From contig JBAZXR010000001.1 of the NCBI GenBank assembly GCA_041659765.1, forward strand, positions 531,338 to 595,337: a stretch of DNA of 64,000 nucleotides. Reading direction: 5' to 3'. The notes below the pieces were generated by a model. It saw only the letters and a program-made list of their open reading frames with translations, made no database searches and was not told the origin of the DNA. This stretch comes from Patescibacteria group bacterium. Lineage in GTDB: Bacteria > Patescibacteriota > Patescibacteriia > UBA9934. Positions 52,715 through 62,243 of this stretch are shown here, in pieces. Position numbers and translations under genes: made by a program. The stretch's first letter is position 1, and the number at the start of each line of letters is the position of its first letter.

Positions 52715-53560
52715 TTATTTCTTTACTTCAGCTACTTTCTTAGCAGCCAGTTCTTCTTTCACCTTTTCGTCAATGTCCTGGACAGCGTCATGAGACTTTT
52801 CGGAAACCTTCACATCATCTGCTTCGGCATCAAACTTTTTGATTGGCGCCAGAGCCGCTGCACGTAGTGTAGCATTCTTGGTCTTACCTTCCTTCACTGC
52901 TTCAGAAATCATCTTGGTGATGAGGTCAATGCTGGCGGAAGCGTCGTCGTTGCCAGGGATAACGTACTGGATACCTGTGGAGTTTACGTTGCTGTCTACC
53001 AAAGCGACGATTGGTACTTTAACCGTTGTAGCTTCGCGGACAACCGTCTTTTCAATGCGCGCGTCCAAAATGAACACAGCTTCTGGCAAGCGAGTCATGG
53101 TGGAGATACCACCGATCTTCTCATCAAGTTCAGCAATTTCACGATCAAACTGGAGCTGTTCCAGCTTGGTGTACTTGCGGAGTTCACCCTTCTCGCGCTT
53201 ATCCTTCAAATCCAAGTAGTGGCGGATGAGGCGCTGGATCTGTGGGAAGTTTGTGAGCGTACCGCCCAACCAGCGAACGTTCACGTACGGCATACCGCAC
53301 TCCTTACCGTACTTAGCAATAATATCCTGAGCCTGGCTCTTAGTGCCGACGAGCAAAATGCTGCCGCCCTTAGCCACCACGTCAGTGACGAAAGTCATAG
53401 CCTTCTCAAGCTGAGCCTGAGTCTTCTCTACGTCAATTACGTGCACGCCCTGGCGAATTCCGAAAATAAACGGTCTCATCTTTGGGTGCCACTTAGCGGA
53501 CTGGTGTCCAAAGTGCACGCCCGACTTCAACATCTCTTCAATGCTTGGCATTTTAGCCAT
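52715..53560 (-). CDS. rpsB: 30S ribosomal protein S2 with a K/E-rich C-terminal extension.
   Basis: LKSGVHFGHQSAKWHPKMRPFIFG...RWLGGTLTNF. Confidence 0.95.
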   Translation of the reverse strand: MAKMPSIEEMLKSGVHFGHQSAKWHPKMRPFIFGIRQGVHVIDVEKTQAQLEKAMTFVTDVVAKGGSILLVGTKSQAQDIIAKYGKECGMPYVNVRWLGGTLTNFPQIQRLIRHYLDLKDKREKGELRKYTKLEQLQFDREIAELDEKIGGISTMTRLPEAVFILDARIEKTVVREATTVKVPIVALVDSNVNSTGIQYVIPGNDDASASIDLITKMISEAVKEGKTKNATLRAAALAPIKKFDAEADDVKVSEKSHDAVQDIDEKVKEELAAKKVAEVKK

Positions 53561-53749
53561 AATGTTTCCTTTTTAACCTCGATTCCCTGCTACCGGGCCC
53601 CGTCGATTACTCGACAAGGGAAGGTTCGATAGCGTTTGTAGTGGGAATCTGTGAATTAATAGTTTCTAAATCCCTAACGGGACGGCGGTAGAGTACTTGA
53701 TCAAAAAGCTCCGGTCAAGTAGGATCCGGGGGTCTTTTAGGGGGATAAG

Positions 53750-54055
53750 ATGTCTGAGGTTAGCGCAAAAAAGAAACCAAGCCGCCCCGGCGCACAGTTT
53801 GTGGTTCGCTGCGAACCAGAGCTCGCCACAAAGGTTAAGGAAAGGGCGAAAGCTCACGGACGGAAAACAGAGCCGTATATCCGAGAGCTTCTCATGGAGG
53901 ACGTGACAAAACCCGCTCCCGTAGCTCCCCCGGTTCCCTTACACCCGCTCGAGGCGCGGATCGAGCTCATGCTCAAAGCGATGCGCCTCCAAGAAATGTT
54001 TCGCGGGATCGAGATTCCGCTCACACTCCCGGGCGATGCAGTGTCAGTGAGATGA
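53750..54055 (+). CDS. Ribbon-helix-helix (CopG/Arc-like) small DNA-binding protein.
   Basis: FVVRCEPELATKVKERAKAHGRKTEPYIRELL, the RHH beta-alpha-alpha pattern. Confidence 0.5.
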   Translation: MSEVSAKKKPSRPGAQFVVRCEPELATKVKERAKAHGRKTEPYIRELLMEDVTKPAPVAPPVPLHPLEARIELMLKAMRLQEMFRGIEIPLTLPGDAVSVR

Positions 54056-54063
54056 CTCCAATT

Positions 54064-54110
54064 CGCGAACCCCGTACTGGCCACATGCCGGTGCGGGGTC
54101 TTTTTTTTTA
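54064..54110. terminator. Bidirectional terminator between the RHH gene and rdgB.
   Basis: AACCCCGtactggccacatgccggtgCGGGGTcttttttttt. Confidence 0.65.
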
Positions 54111-54662
54111 GAGGGTGATGCCGGCTTCCTGGAGTTTTTCTTTCATGGCGAGGAAGGCTTTTGTGCGGTGGGAGATTTGGATCTTTCGTTCGGGTCCCAT
54201 TTGGGCGAAGGTTTCGGTCTGGCCGTCGGGAATGAAGTAGAAATCAAATCCCCAACCTTTGCCGTCTGTTTTTGCTACATGACGGCCGTAGAGCGTTTCG
54301 AGCACAATGATCTCATGTTCTGCATCTTTGTAGGCTACAGCGCACAACACTTTTGCTTTGCTATTACCCGTCTTTTCAATATTCGCCATGACGCCGTCAT
54401 GCAGGCCGGCTTTTTCCCAAAATTTTACAAAAGGCCCTGGAAAGCCATTAACGGCCTCGACCTCATAGGAGACATCTTCGACGAGCACAGGTGCGCCGAC
54501 CCACTTAAAGGCGGCCTGAAGTTTCTCGGTCACGATCTCCTTGAGATCCATCGATTGTTTTTCGGGGAGATCAATCTTTGTACTCATGAGTCCGGGCATG
54601 TCCAAAATGGCAGCCACTTCTCGGCGTTTGTTTTCGTTACCGGTGACGAAGGTGATATTCAT
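54108..54662 (-). CDS. rdgB: Non-canonical purine NTP pyrophosphatase (RdgB/Ham1, ITPase).
   Basis: MNITFVTGNENKRREV..., FDFYFIPDGQTETFAQM and SHRTKAF. Confidence 0.85.
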   Translation of the reverse strand: MNITFVTGNENKRREVAAILDMPGLMSTKIDLPEKQSMDLKEIVTEKLQAAFKWVGAPVLVEDVSYEVEAVNGFPGPFVKFWEKAGLHDGVMANIEKTGNSKAKVLCAVAYKDAEHEIIVLETLYGRHVAKTDGKGWGFDFYFIPDGQTETFAQMGPERKIQISHRTKAFLAMKEKLQEAGITL

Positions 54663-54689
54663 ACAAGGTGTTAGGTGATAGGTGGTAGG

Positions 54690-55697
54690 TTACCTGATGA
54701 ACATCGCGTCGCCGAAGGAGAAGAAACGATAGTCGTTTGTCTTGGCAGCTTCGTATGCAGCGAGCATACGCTCTCGGCTGGAAAATGACGAGACGAGGAC
54801 AAGCAACGTTGATTTTGGGAGGTGGAAGTTGGTAATCAAACCATCAATCACTTTAAACTCGAACCCTGGCGTAATGAAGATATTGATCTCGCCTTCGTAG
54901 CCCACGAGCGAACCCCGCGTCGACGCAATGCCCTCGAGCACTCTTGTCGTCGTTGTCCCGACCGCGATCACGCGACGTCCCTCGGATTTGGCGGCATTGA
55001 TCCGTTCGGCGGTCTCTTTCGAAAGACTCACCCACTCGCTGTGCATTTCGTGCTCTTCAAGGGTTTCTGTTTTTACCGGACGAAAAGTGCCAATGCCGAC
55101 ATGAAGCACGACTTCCTCGATTTGTACGCCTTTTGCTTTTATCTTTTCGAGGAGTTCTGGCGTAAAGTGAAAGCCTGCGGTTGGAGCGGCGACGGAGCCA
55201 ACTTGCTTAGCGTAAATGGTTTGATACTTCGACTCGTCCTTGAGAGAACCTTCGACGTACGGCGGTGTTGGGATATCCCCATATTTGTCACAGAAGACGA
55301 GCATCTCCGCGGCGGTCATCCCTGTTCTCAAAATAACGACCCCGTCGGTACTTTTTTCTTGCACGATGAATTCGTGCGCTGCGACGTTAATAACGTCGCC
55401 TTCTCGAAATTTGCGACCGGGTTTTAATAACACCTCGGCCTCGCCCTCTTTTATTCGAAGAACGAAAATCTCCAATCCCTCCTTTAAAAGACGGGCCTTA
55501 AATACCTTCGAGGTATTAAAAACCAGCACGTCACCGGCTTTTAGCTCCTCGATAATATTGAAAAACTGCTTATGTTGGACCTCTCCTGTTGCCCGGTCGA
55601 CAACCATCAATTTGGAGTGATCCCGGGGTTCAACTGAAGATTGGGCGATAAATCGCTCGGGGAGATCGTAGTCGAATAAGCTGATGGGGGTATTCAT
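54690..55697 (-). CDS. queA: S-adenosylmethionine:tRNA ribosyltransferase-isomerase.
   Basis: LFDYDLPERFIAQ...LVFNTSKVFKARL...HFT conserved blocks. Confidence 0.85.
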   Translation of the reverse strand: MNTPISLFDYDLPERFIAQSSVEPRDHSKLMVVDRATGEVQHKQFFNIIEELKAGDVLVFNTSKVFKARLLKEGLEIFVLRIKEGEAEVLLKPGRKFREGDVINVAAHEFIVQEKSTDGVVILRTGMTAAEMLVFCDKYGDIPTPPYVEGSLKDESKYQTIYAKQVGSVAAPTAGFHFTPELLEKIKAKGVQIEEVVLHVGIGTFRPVKTETLEEHEMHSEWVSLSKETAERINAAKSEGRRVIAVGTTTTRVLEGIASTRGSLVGYEGEINIFITPGFEFKVIDGLITNFHLPKSTLLVLVSSFSSRERMLAAYEAAKTNDYRFFSFGDAMFIR

Positions 55698-55743
55698 TTG
55701 ACAAAGACTAGCCCATTTTGTACTATTTGGCCAATCTTTTCTT

Positions 55744-56055
55744 ATGAAAGCCGATATCCACCCAACGTATTTTGAGAACGCCGTAATCGCTTGCGCTTGC
55801 GGAGCTAACTATAAGACCGGTTCTACCCAGGAACGGATCGATATTGAATTGTGCGCCGCTTGTCACCCATTCTTCACCGGTAAGCAGAAGATTGTAGATG
55901 CTGCTCGCCGTGTGGAAAAGTTTGCTACTCGTTCTACTGAGAAGGCTGCTTCCGTAAAAACCTCAGCTGACAAGACCGCTGAAAAGGCCGCTCGCTCCAA
56001 AGCCAAGGCCACTAAGAAAGCTGCCCGCGATACTTCCATTAAAACAGCACGTTAG
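55744..56055 (+). CDS. rpmE: 50S ribosomal protein L31 (zinc-binding type) with a roughly 30-aa Lys/Ala-rich C-terminal extension.
   Basis: MKADIHPTY...CACG...[13 protein letters not shown]. Confidence 0.85.
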   Translation: MKADIHPTYFENAVIACACGANYKTGSTQERIDIELCAACHPFFTGKQKIVDAARRVEKFATRSTEKAASVKTSADKTAEKAARSKAKATKKAARDTSIKTAR

Positions 56056-56061
56056 GAAAAC

Positions 56062-56095
56062 ACAACGCCTGGTCGCCAACGCGACGGGCGTTTTT
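56062..56095 (+). terminator. Rho-independent terminator after rpmE.
   Basis: CGCCTGGTCGCcaacGCGACGGGCGTTTTTGTTT. Confidence 0.55.
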
Positions 56096-56127
56096 GTTTA
56101 TCTGTAATGTTCAATGTTGAATGTGTA

Positions 56128-57228
56128 ATGTACGATACCTCTACTATGGATTTCGCTTCGGCAATTGCCGTGAAAAGACAAGAATTTCAGAAGCTTGAAC
56201 AGGCCCTCATGGACCCGGCTGTTTTGGCTGACCGTAAAAAGTTGAAGGAAACCAACCAGGCTTACCAGGGCATGCGCAAAACCATGGAAGCTGCGGCGGC
56301 CTACGAGAAAGTCGCAAATGACCTCGATGGCGCAAAGAAGACCCTCCATGATACGGATCCAGACATGCGAGCAATGGCAGAGGCCGAAGTCGCAGAACTA
56401 GAACCTAAGTTGCCCGCACTTGAACGTACCCTCGAACTTGAACTCGTGCCAAAAGACCCAATTGACGAGAACGACGCTATTGTGGAAATCCGTGCTGGCG
56501 CAGGAGGAGATGAAGCTGCACTTTTTGCATCTGAACTTTTCCGCATGTATGTGCGCTATGCAGAACGCCACGGCTGGAAGGCGAGCGTTATCTCTCAGAG
56601 CCAGAGCGACTTGGGCGGTTTCAAAGAGGTAATCTTCGAGATCGGGGGTCCAGGTGCATACGGTACAATGAAACTTGAAAGTGGAGTTCATCGCGTACAG
56701 CGCGTGCCGGATACGGAGAAAGCTGGTCGAGTTCACACCTCAACAATTACCGTCGCCGTTCTTCCTAAACTTGAGGAGGAAGACTTCGAGCTCAATCCGA
56801 AGGACCTCACCATCGAAGCGACCACGTCGCAGGGAGCTGGCGGACAGAGCGTGAACACCACATATTCCGCATGTCGCATTGTCCACGTGCCAACGGGTCT
56901 CACGGTGCACTGTCAGGACGAACGTTCGTTCTCCCAGAACCGCGAACGTGCCTTATCGGTTCTCCGCGCCCGTGTGTATGCCGCCGAGCAGGAAAAGAAG
57001 CGTGCCGCCCTGGAAGCCGAACGCCGAGGACAGATTGGAACGGGTGATCGATCGGAGAAAATCCGCACATATAACTTTCCTCAGGACCGCATTACCGACC
57101 ACCGTCTGAAGCAGTCATGGCACGGCCTTCCAGGAATCATGGACGGAGATATTGAGGATATTATCGAAGCCCTCCGTCTGGCCAGCCGAGATGAGAAGTT
57201 TGGAGCGATTATCGAGGATGAAGAGTAA
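56128..57228 (+). CDS. prfA: Peptide chain release factor 1. The start is uncertain (56107, 56128 or 56146).
   Basis: [11 protein letters not shown]...[20 protein letters not shown] (GGQ motif); PxT-type RF1 decoding region. Confidence 0.9.
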   Translation: MYDTSTMDFASAIAVKRQEFQKLEQALMDPAVLADRKKLKETNQAYQGMRKTMEAAAAYEKVANDLDGAKKTLHDTDPDMRAMAEAEVAELEPKLPALERTLELELVPKDPIDENDAIVEIRAGAGGDEAALFASELFRMYVRYAERHGWKASVISQSQSDLGGFKEVIFEIGGPGAYGTMKLESGVHRVQRVPDTEKAGRVHTSTITVAVLPKLEEEDFELNPKDLTIEATTSQGAGGQSVNTTYSACRIVHVPTGLTVHCQDERSFSQNRERALSVLRARVYAAEQEKKRAALEAERRGQIGTGDRSEKIRTYNFPQDRITDHRLKQSWHGLPGIMDGDIEDIIEALRLASRDEKFGAIIEDEE

Positions 57229-57238
57229 TCAGGACGTC

Positions 57239-57311
57239 TCCACTCTGAGCCATGCGAAGAGTCCGACCCTCAGAGGGGAAAGTCGGATCCTTCGCTCTCG
57301 CTCAGGATGGA
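57239..57311. repeat. Solo MITE/REP-like palindromic element (~28-bp imperfect inverted arms, 14-nt loop) lying between prfA and prmC.
   Basis: TCCACTCTGAGCCATGCGAAGAGTCCGAC-cctcagaggggaaa-GTCGGATCCTTCGCTCTCGCTCAGGATGGA. Homologous to the units at 8431..8503 and 8013..8038. Confidence 0.85.
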
Positions 57312-58230
57312 GACACTCGATCACATGACCATCTTCGAAGCACTAACGGTTGGTGCTGACAGACTCAAATCGACTCAGCACGAAAAACTACAGGCGCCGG
57401 GGAGCCCCAAGCTCGACGCGCAAGTTTTGCTTTCGTTTGTGCTCGGCAAACCATCGAGCTATCTGTTTGCACATGGAGACGATGCTGTCGATGCGCCCGC
57501 ACTCGACCGGTACCTCGCATTCATCGAACGGCGCATAACGCATGAACCGATTGCGTACATCACGGGCGAAAAAGAATTCTTCAAGCGTCCATTCATCGTG
57601 ACACCGGCAACATTAATCCCTCGACCCGACACGGAGGTTCTCGTCGAAGAAGCATTGAAGGCCGCTAAGCCAGACTCGGTCTTTCTCGACATCGGCACGG
57701 GCAGCGGTGCGATCGCAATTACGCTCGCAGCAGAATCTTCGAGCGGGGTCTTCGCGACGGACATTTCAGCCGAGGCACTCGACGTTGCAGTGCGTAATGC
57801 AAACAAACTCGGCGTTGCTGACCGTGTCATATTCCTGCATGGCGACCTGCTTAAACCATTCATCGAGAAGCTCAGAGAATGGAAAGATAAGGCTAGTATT
57901 CCTTCCCTCATTATCACGGCAAATCTTCCCTACATCGCCCGCCGACAATACGAAGGGCTAGACCCAGACGTGCTCAACTTTGAACCAAAAAGCGCGCTCC
58001 TCGCAGGAATTGACGGGCTTGATCTCTACGATCAATTGCTCGACGAACTCTACGAATCACGCGCTCTTTTCCCAGCCGACCTTCAATTACTTATCGAGAT
58101 CGATCCCTCGCAAGCATTTTCTGCCGAACGCTTGATCAAACACTACTTCCCGAAAGCGTCGATCTCACTTATTGCTGATTTGTCACGTCAACCGCGGGTG
58201 CTTTTGGCTGTGATTCCGACACGTTCTTAA
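57307..58230 (+). CDS. prmC: Release factor glutamine methyltransferase (PrmC/HemK). The annotated ATG lies inside the repeat arm; the true start may be MTIFEAL at 57325.
   Basis: IAYITGEKEFFKRPFIVTPATLIPRPDTE, DIGTGSGAIAI and NLPY (an NPPY variant). Confidence 0.8.
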   Translation: METLDHMTIFEALTVGADRLKSTQHEKLQAPGSPKLDAQVLLSFVLGKPSSYLFAHGDDAVDAPALDRYLAFIERRITHEPIAYITGEKEFFKRPFIVTPATLIPRPDTEVLVEEALKAAKPDSVFLDIGTGSGAIAITLAAESSSGVFATDISAEALDVAVRNANKLGVADRVIFLHGDLLKPFIEKLREWKDKASIPSLIITANLPYIARRQYEGLDPDVLNFEPKSALLAGIDGLDLYDQLLDELYESRALFPADLQLLIEIDPSQAFSAERLIKHYFPKASISLIADLSRQPRVLLAVIPTRS

Positions 58231-59329
58231 GGTCAGGAACAACTTCCATCCAGGTCTTTCCGGCGTTCATAGCAATTTCTGAACCTCCAAGGTCAATAAA
58301 GCGTAGGCGGTCAGTCCGCTCGTGTTTTACCCATCTTGCCTCAAGACCCTGCTCACCGTTCTGATACACAAGCGCCAGCGACTCACCCTCCCCCGTTGTG
58401 CGAATATGGCGTCGACCAGTGGAGTCCACAACAGAAATATCACTTGCAAAAACGATGACGTTATTTGCCGTGATGTTTGCGCCCGAGCTGGTCTTCATCA
58501 TCTGTTTGCCCTGGTAGCGAATATACAAATTCGTAGCTTTGTCATACTCCCACGTCACGTCATACGTTGAGCCGCTCTCCCAGTCGATCACCGGTGAGAT
58601 CTCCTTGCCAGAGGCCTCTCCGTCAACAAACAACCACGACGTGTAGGCCTTCGTACTCCTACCAATCTCGTCTAACGAACTCATGAGCAGATCCATCGAC
58701 GTGTAGACGTTATGCGGAGCAAAGCGCCCCACATTATCGCGCCAGAAATATTCGCTCTGGAAAAACTGGTCAAAATCACGCGTCGTTCCATTCTTATGAA
58801 TGAGGTCGAGTGCCTCTGGGCTGCCGCCAACGTGTGCGTAAATAGATTCAAACTCATCTGCCCAGTCCAAGTAATACGGACGAGCCGAACGTACTGGACC
58901 GATCTTCTTTGAAACCGCTCCTTCCTCAAAGAAGGTGATGAACCGCGGAATATTTCCTTCCACTGGTGCTTCAATCACAAAGAACGCCTGGTCAAGTCCA
59001 GACAACGGCCACGCTTCATACGAGTTCTCGATCATGACAGCAAATACTTGTGGAAGCGTGGTGAGAGGTGCGGGAATAACAAGGCCGGTCAAGGGATCCC
59101 GAGGGAACGCATCAGCCGATTCAGCGATGACCGGTACCGGAGCGATCTTGGCGGTAAATGACCGTCTGATCACGAGCGCAGAAACGCCAACGGTCATGAT
59201 GGCCACGATCGCTAACACCGGAAGAACGCGTGACCAGCTGGCTTTCCTAGCGACGCCAACAAAAGCGCCCCGCAATTCCGGGATAGTCTGTTTAAAACGT
59301 CCTTTAATATATTTGAGTCGGGATTGCAT
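58169..59329 (-). CDS. DUF3048-family exported protein (YerB-like).
   Basis: VFAVMIENSYEAWPLSGLDQAFFVIEAPVEGNIPRFITFF...IGPVRSARPYY with an N-terminal TM anchor. Its 3' end overlaps the prmC 3' end by 62 nt (convergent). Confidence 0.6.
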   Translation of the reverse strand: MQSRLKYIKGRFKQTIPELRGAFVGVARKASWSRVLPVLAIVAIMTVGVSALVIRRSFTAKIAPVPVIAESADAFPRDPLTGLVIPAPLTTLPQVFAVMIENSYEAWPLSGLDQAFFVIEAPVEGNIPRFITFFEEGAVSKKIGPVRSARPYYLDWADEFESIYAHVGGSPEALDLIHKNGTTRDFDQFFQSEYFWRDNVGRFAPHNVYTSMDLLMSSLDEIGRSTKAYTSWLFVDGEASGKEISPVIDWESGSTYDVTWEYDKATNLYIRYQGKQMMKTSSGANITANNVIVFASDISVVDSTGRRHIRTTGEGESLALVYQNGEQGLEARWVKHERTDRLRFIDLGGSEIAMNAGKTWMEVVPDLKNVSESQPKAPAVDVTNQQ

Positions 59330-59349
59330 AGGTCTTATTTAGTATACCA

Positions 59350-59390
59350 ATTGAAAATCCCCCTTCGCCAAGCTTCCGGGGGACTTTCTT
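59350..59390 (-). terminator. Terminator for rplY.
   Basis: AAATCCCCCTTCGCCAAGCTTCCGGGGGACTTT hairpin with a T-run on the minus strand. Confidence 0.5.
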
Positions 59391-59393
59391 TGC

Positions 59394-60101
59394 TTACTTT
59401 TTGTCTGACTTTTCTTTCTTCTCTGGCTTTGCGTCAGCCGGAGCAGCACCTTCAGCACCAGGTTCTTCTTTCTTCTCTGTAAGAACCTCTACCTTGGACA
59501 CGTCAGTGTCAACGGCTGCATCAAGAGCGGCCATTTCAGCTTCAGAACGAGGCGGCTGAACCGTAGCTACAGTTTGCTCGGCCCAGGTCTTGACTTCAAT
59601 ACCTTCTGGCAACTTCACATTCTTCACGCGGATCATATCATCAAAGGTCACAAGAGCGGAGATATCTACCTCGATCTCATGCACGAGCGCATCTGGAAGA
59701 GAGAGCACTTCCACTTCCTCCAAGGACTGAACGAGGGTACCACCGAGAGTTTTCACGGCTGGCGCTTCGCCCACGAGCTTGAGTGGAATCTTGGCTTCAA
59801 TCTTGCGCTTCAAGTCCACGCGGCGGAAGTCCACATGCGTGAAAAAGTCCGTGAGAACGTTGCGCTGAATGTCAGCAATAAGCACTGGGTGCGTCTTGCC
59901 ATCAATCTCCAGGTCAACGACCATGGATTCGCCGGCCTTAGCGTAAATTTTATTAAAGGCGTTGCGGTCAACGGTCACAGAGACCGGAGCCGTTACTTCG
60001 AAACCGTACATAACTCCTGGAACTTTTCCTTCAGCGCGAAGGATATTCGTCTTTCGGCCCTTCTCCTGTCGGAGCCCGGCGGTAATTTGAGCGTGTTGCA
60101 T
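59394..60101 (-). CDS. rplY: 50S ribosomal protein L25/Ctc with an acidic/Lys-rich C-terminal tail.
   Basis: RQEKGRKTNILRAEGKVPGVMYG...HPVLIADIQRNVLTDFFTHVDF. Confidence 0.85.
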   Translation of the reverse strand: MQHAQITAGLRQEKGRKTNILRAEGKVPGVMYGFEVTAPVSVTVDRNAFNKIYAKAGESMVVDLEIDGKTHPVLIADIQRNVLTDFFTHVDFRRVDLKRKIEAKIPLKLVGEAPAVKTLGGTLVQSLEEVEVLSLPDALVHEIEVDISALVTFDDMIRVKNVKLPEGIEVKTWAEQTVATVQPPRSEAEMAALDAAVDTDVSKVEVLTEKKEEPGAEGAAPADAKPEKKEKSDKK

Positions 60102-60141
60102 AGTGGCGGTATTTTACTGATTTCTGCGGAGAAGTCAAGCC

Positions 60142-61215
60142 TTATCCCCTAGTTTTAGACGCCACGCTCTCAACCATACCCAAGAGAGCCAAAGAAAGCA
60201 TAAGCGAGGTGCCGCCGTAGCTAACCAAAGGAAGCGGGATGCCCGTAGCGGGCATGAGGGCTAGGTTCGCCCCCACATGAATGACGATTTGCATGAAAAA
60301 GAGAGCTAGCACTCCTATAACAAGGTAAGAGCCGAAGAAATCCCGGCCCCTGTAAGCTAATAGGAGCATGCGAGAAAGAAGGAGGAGAAACCCGCCAAAA
60401 AGCAGCATGATGCCCACAAACCCTAACTCCTCTCCAATAACCGCAAAGATAAAGTCTGACTGACTCTCAGGAAGGAATCGAAGCTGGCTCTGGCTCCCCC
60501 CGCCAAGACCTCGACCAATGATGCCACCGGAACCGATGGCCACCAGCGCCTGCGTCACGTTGTAGCCGGAACCCTGAGGATCAGAAGCGGGATTCATAAA
60601 AGTCAGAATGCGTTCGCGCTGGTAGCTAGCAAACAAGGCAAACCAGCCGATCAAAAATCCGCCGAGTAGAATTCCGGAAACTGTAGCGACGTGCTGGGCA
60701 CGCAAGCCGGCAAAAAAAGCCATCACAAACCAGATACCACACAACAAAAGCGCACTGCCAAAGTCTGGTTGTAGTAGGACGAGAAATACAGGAAGGCCGA
60801 GGCGAATACCACTCCCAAAAAATTCTCGCCAAGCGAATGGTCTCTCGGCGTCGTCAGCGAAATACCGGGCGAGCTCCAGAATAAGGCCAAGCTTCATAAT
60901 CTCCACCGGCTGAAAAGCGAATCCGCCAACAATGTACCAACCTGTCGTACCGTTCAACGTCGAGCCGAGCACAAAGAGACCAAGGAGCGAGAGAACTCCC
61001 ACGCCATACATAATGCGGGCGTACGAACGAAAAATTTGATAATTCGCCCGAGCGGCGAGCACGGCAACGACTAAGCCGAGAACAAGTGCGATCAGCTGCT
61101 TCTCGACGAACGCCGAATGTCCGCCACGAGACAACTCGACGGAAGCAATAGCCGCAATGCCAATAGAAAAAAGCAAAAAACCCGCAAGCACTAATAGCCA
61201 ATCAAAGCGGCGCAT
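60142..61215 (-). CDS. SEDS-family cell-wall polymerase (FtsW/RodA).
   Basis: About 10 TM helices in 357 aa; conserved SEDS blocks (GxxxNGAxxWxxxG..., PLPxxSYGGSS-like C-terminus). Confidence 0.8.
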   Translation of the reverse strand: MRRFDWLLVLAGFLLFSIGIAAIASVELSRGGHSAFVEKQLIALVLGLVVAVLAARANYQIFRSYARIMYGVGVLSLLGLFVLGSTLNGTTGWYIVGGFAFQPVEIMKLGLILELARYFADDAERPFAWREFFGSGIRLGLPVFLVLLQPDFGSALLLCGIWFVMAFFAGLRAQHVATVSGILLGGFLIGWFALFASYQRERILTFMNPASDPQGSGYNVTQALVAIGSGGIIGRGLGGGSQSQLRFLPESQSDFIFAVIGEELGFVGIMLLFGGFLLLLSRMLLLAYRGRDFFGSYLVIGVLALFFMQIVIHVGANLALMPATGIPLPLVSYGGTSLMLSLALLGMVESVASKTRG

Positions 61216-61227
61216 ACTCTGCCTCTT

Positions 61228-62136
61228 TTACTCTCCTAGCGGATTCATGTAAACGCCGTCATCAAAAAAGTTTATGGCCGGGGTAATTTTTACGCCGGCT
61301 CCGGCTGGAACGGGCTGAAACCACCTGACGCTTACAGGCCTAGACTCGCCGGCCATGAAAGATGAAACCGTAACCTCCTGAATGGCAACCGGATTACCAC
61401 CGCGAACTAATTGAATAATAAATTTTGGTTCCCAATAGCTATAGGCGGTACGATTTTCCACCGTAAAATCCGTCCGAGCTACTGCGCTCTTCCCAATCAC
61501 AATATCAGCGGCCGAAACAATATTAGAGACAGGAAACTCATTGTGGTTGGTCAGAAAGGCAGCCGTATCCGCAATCAGATGACGATTAACTCTGTGCCAA
61601 ACGATATCTCTGAGGACAATCTGTGGATTCTTAGCTAGGCTGTCTGTTTTTACATGAAGCACAGTCAGCGGCCGGGATTCGCCGGGATTCAAAAAACTGA
61701 TCACTGGCTCTGTTTCACCGCCATCATAAGAAAAGGCGTAAGAAAAAGTTACATACCACTCGCTATTTGGGTTAGTCGCGTCAGCCAGGAAGTCTGTGGT
61801 TCCAGTGTCTCCGGCCAAGGCCTTAGCATTACCCACCTCCAGCGACTCGGCGGCCTGAGCCAAAACGAGCGCATGGGTGTTGCCACTGTTCGCTAACATC
61901 CCCGCCGCCTGTCTGGAATCGGCAAAACTGCCAGAAATTATGTAGACCGGTACGGTGGCCACGAAAATGATCAGCAAAATCACATCTGCCATGCCCCACA
62001 GAATAATCCCCCACTGTTTTATTTTGGGCGCAGCCTCAAGAATGGTCACGTCCCGGCGGTACGCGCCCTCAATAGCCCTATACTCGCCCGCCAACGGATT
62101 TGGGGGAACGGTTTTTTCGTTCGCCTGCTCAGCCAT
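61228..62136 (-). CDS. Hypothetical membrane-anchored protein.
   Basis: 302-aa ORF with an N-terminal TM helix; no motif recognised. Confidence 0.5.
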   Translation of the reverse strand: MAEQANEKTVPPNPLAGEYRAIEGAYRRDVTILEAAPKIKQWGIILWGMADVILLIIFVATVPVYIISGSFADSRQAAGMLANSGNTHALVLAQAAESLEVGNAKALAGDTGTTDFLADATNPNSEWYVTFSYAFSYDGGETEPVISFLNPGESRPLTVLHVKTDSLAKNPQIVLRDIVWHRVNRHLIADTAAFLTNHNEFPVSNIVSAADIVIGKSAVARTDFTVENRTAYSYWEPKFIIQLVRGGNPVAIQEVTVSSFMAGESRPVSVRWFQPVPAGAGVKITPAINFFDDGVYMNPLGE

Positions 62137-62243
62137 ATTTCATCAAACATTTTACCACATCCCGGGGTTGTTCGGCATCCGTTAACGTGATACGATGGAC
62201 GCCGAACGAGGGTCGACACCTGGGTCGACCCCTACCTCAAAAT

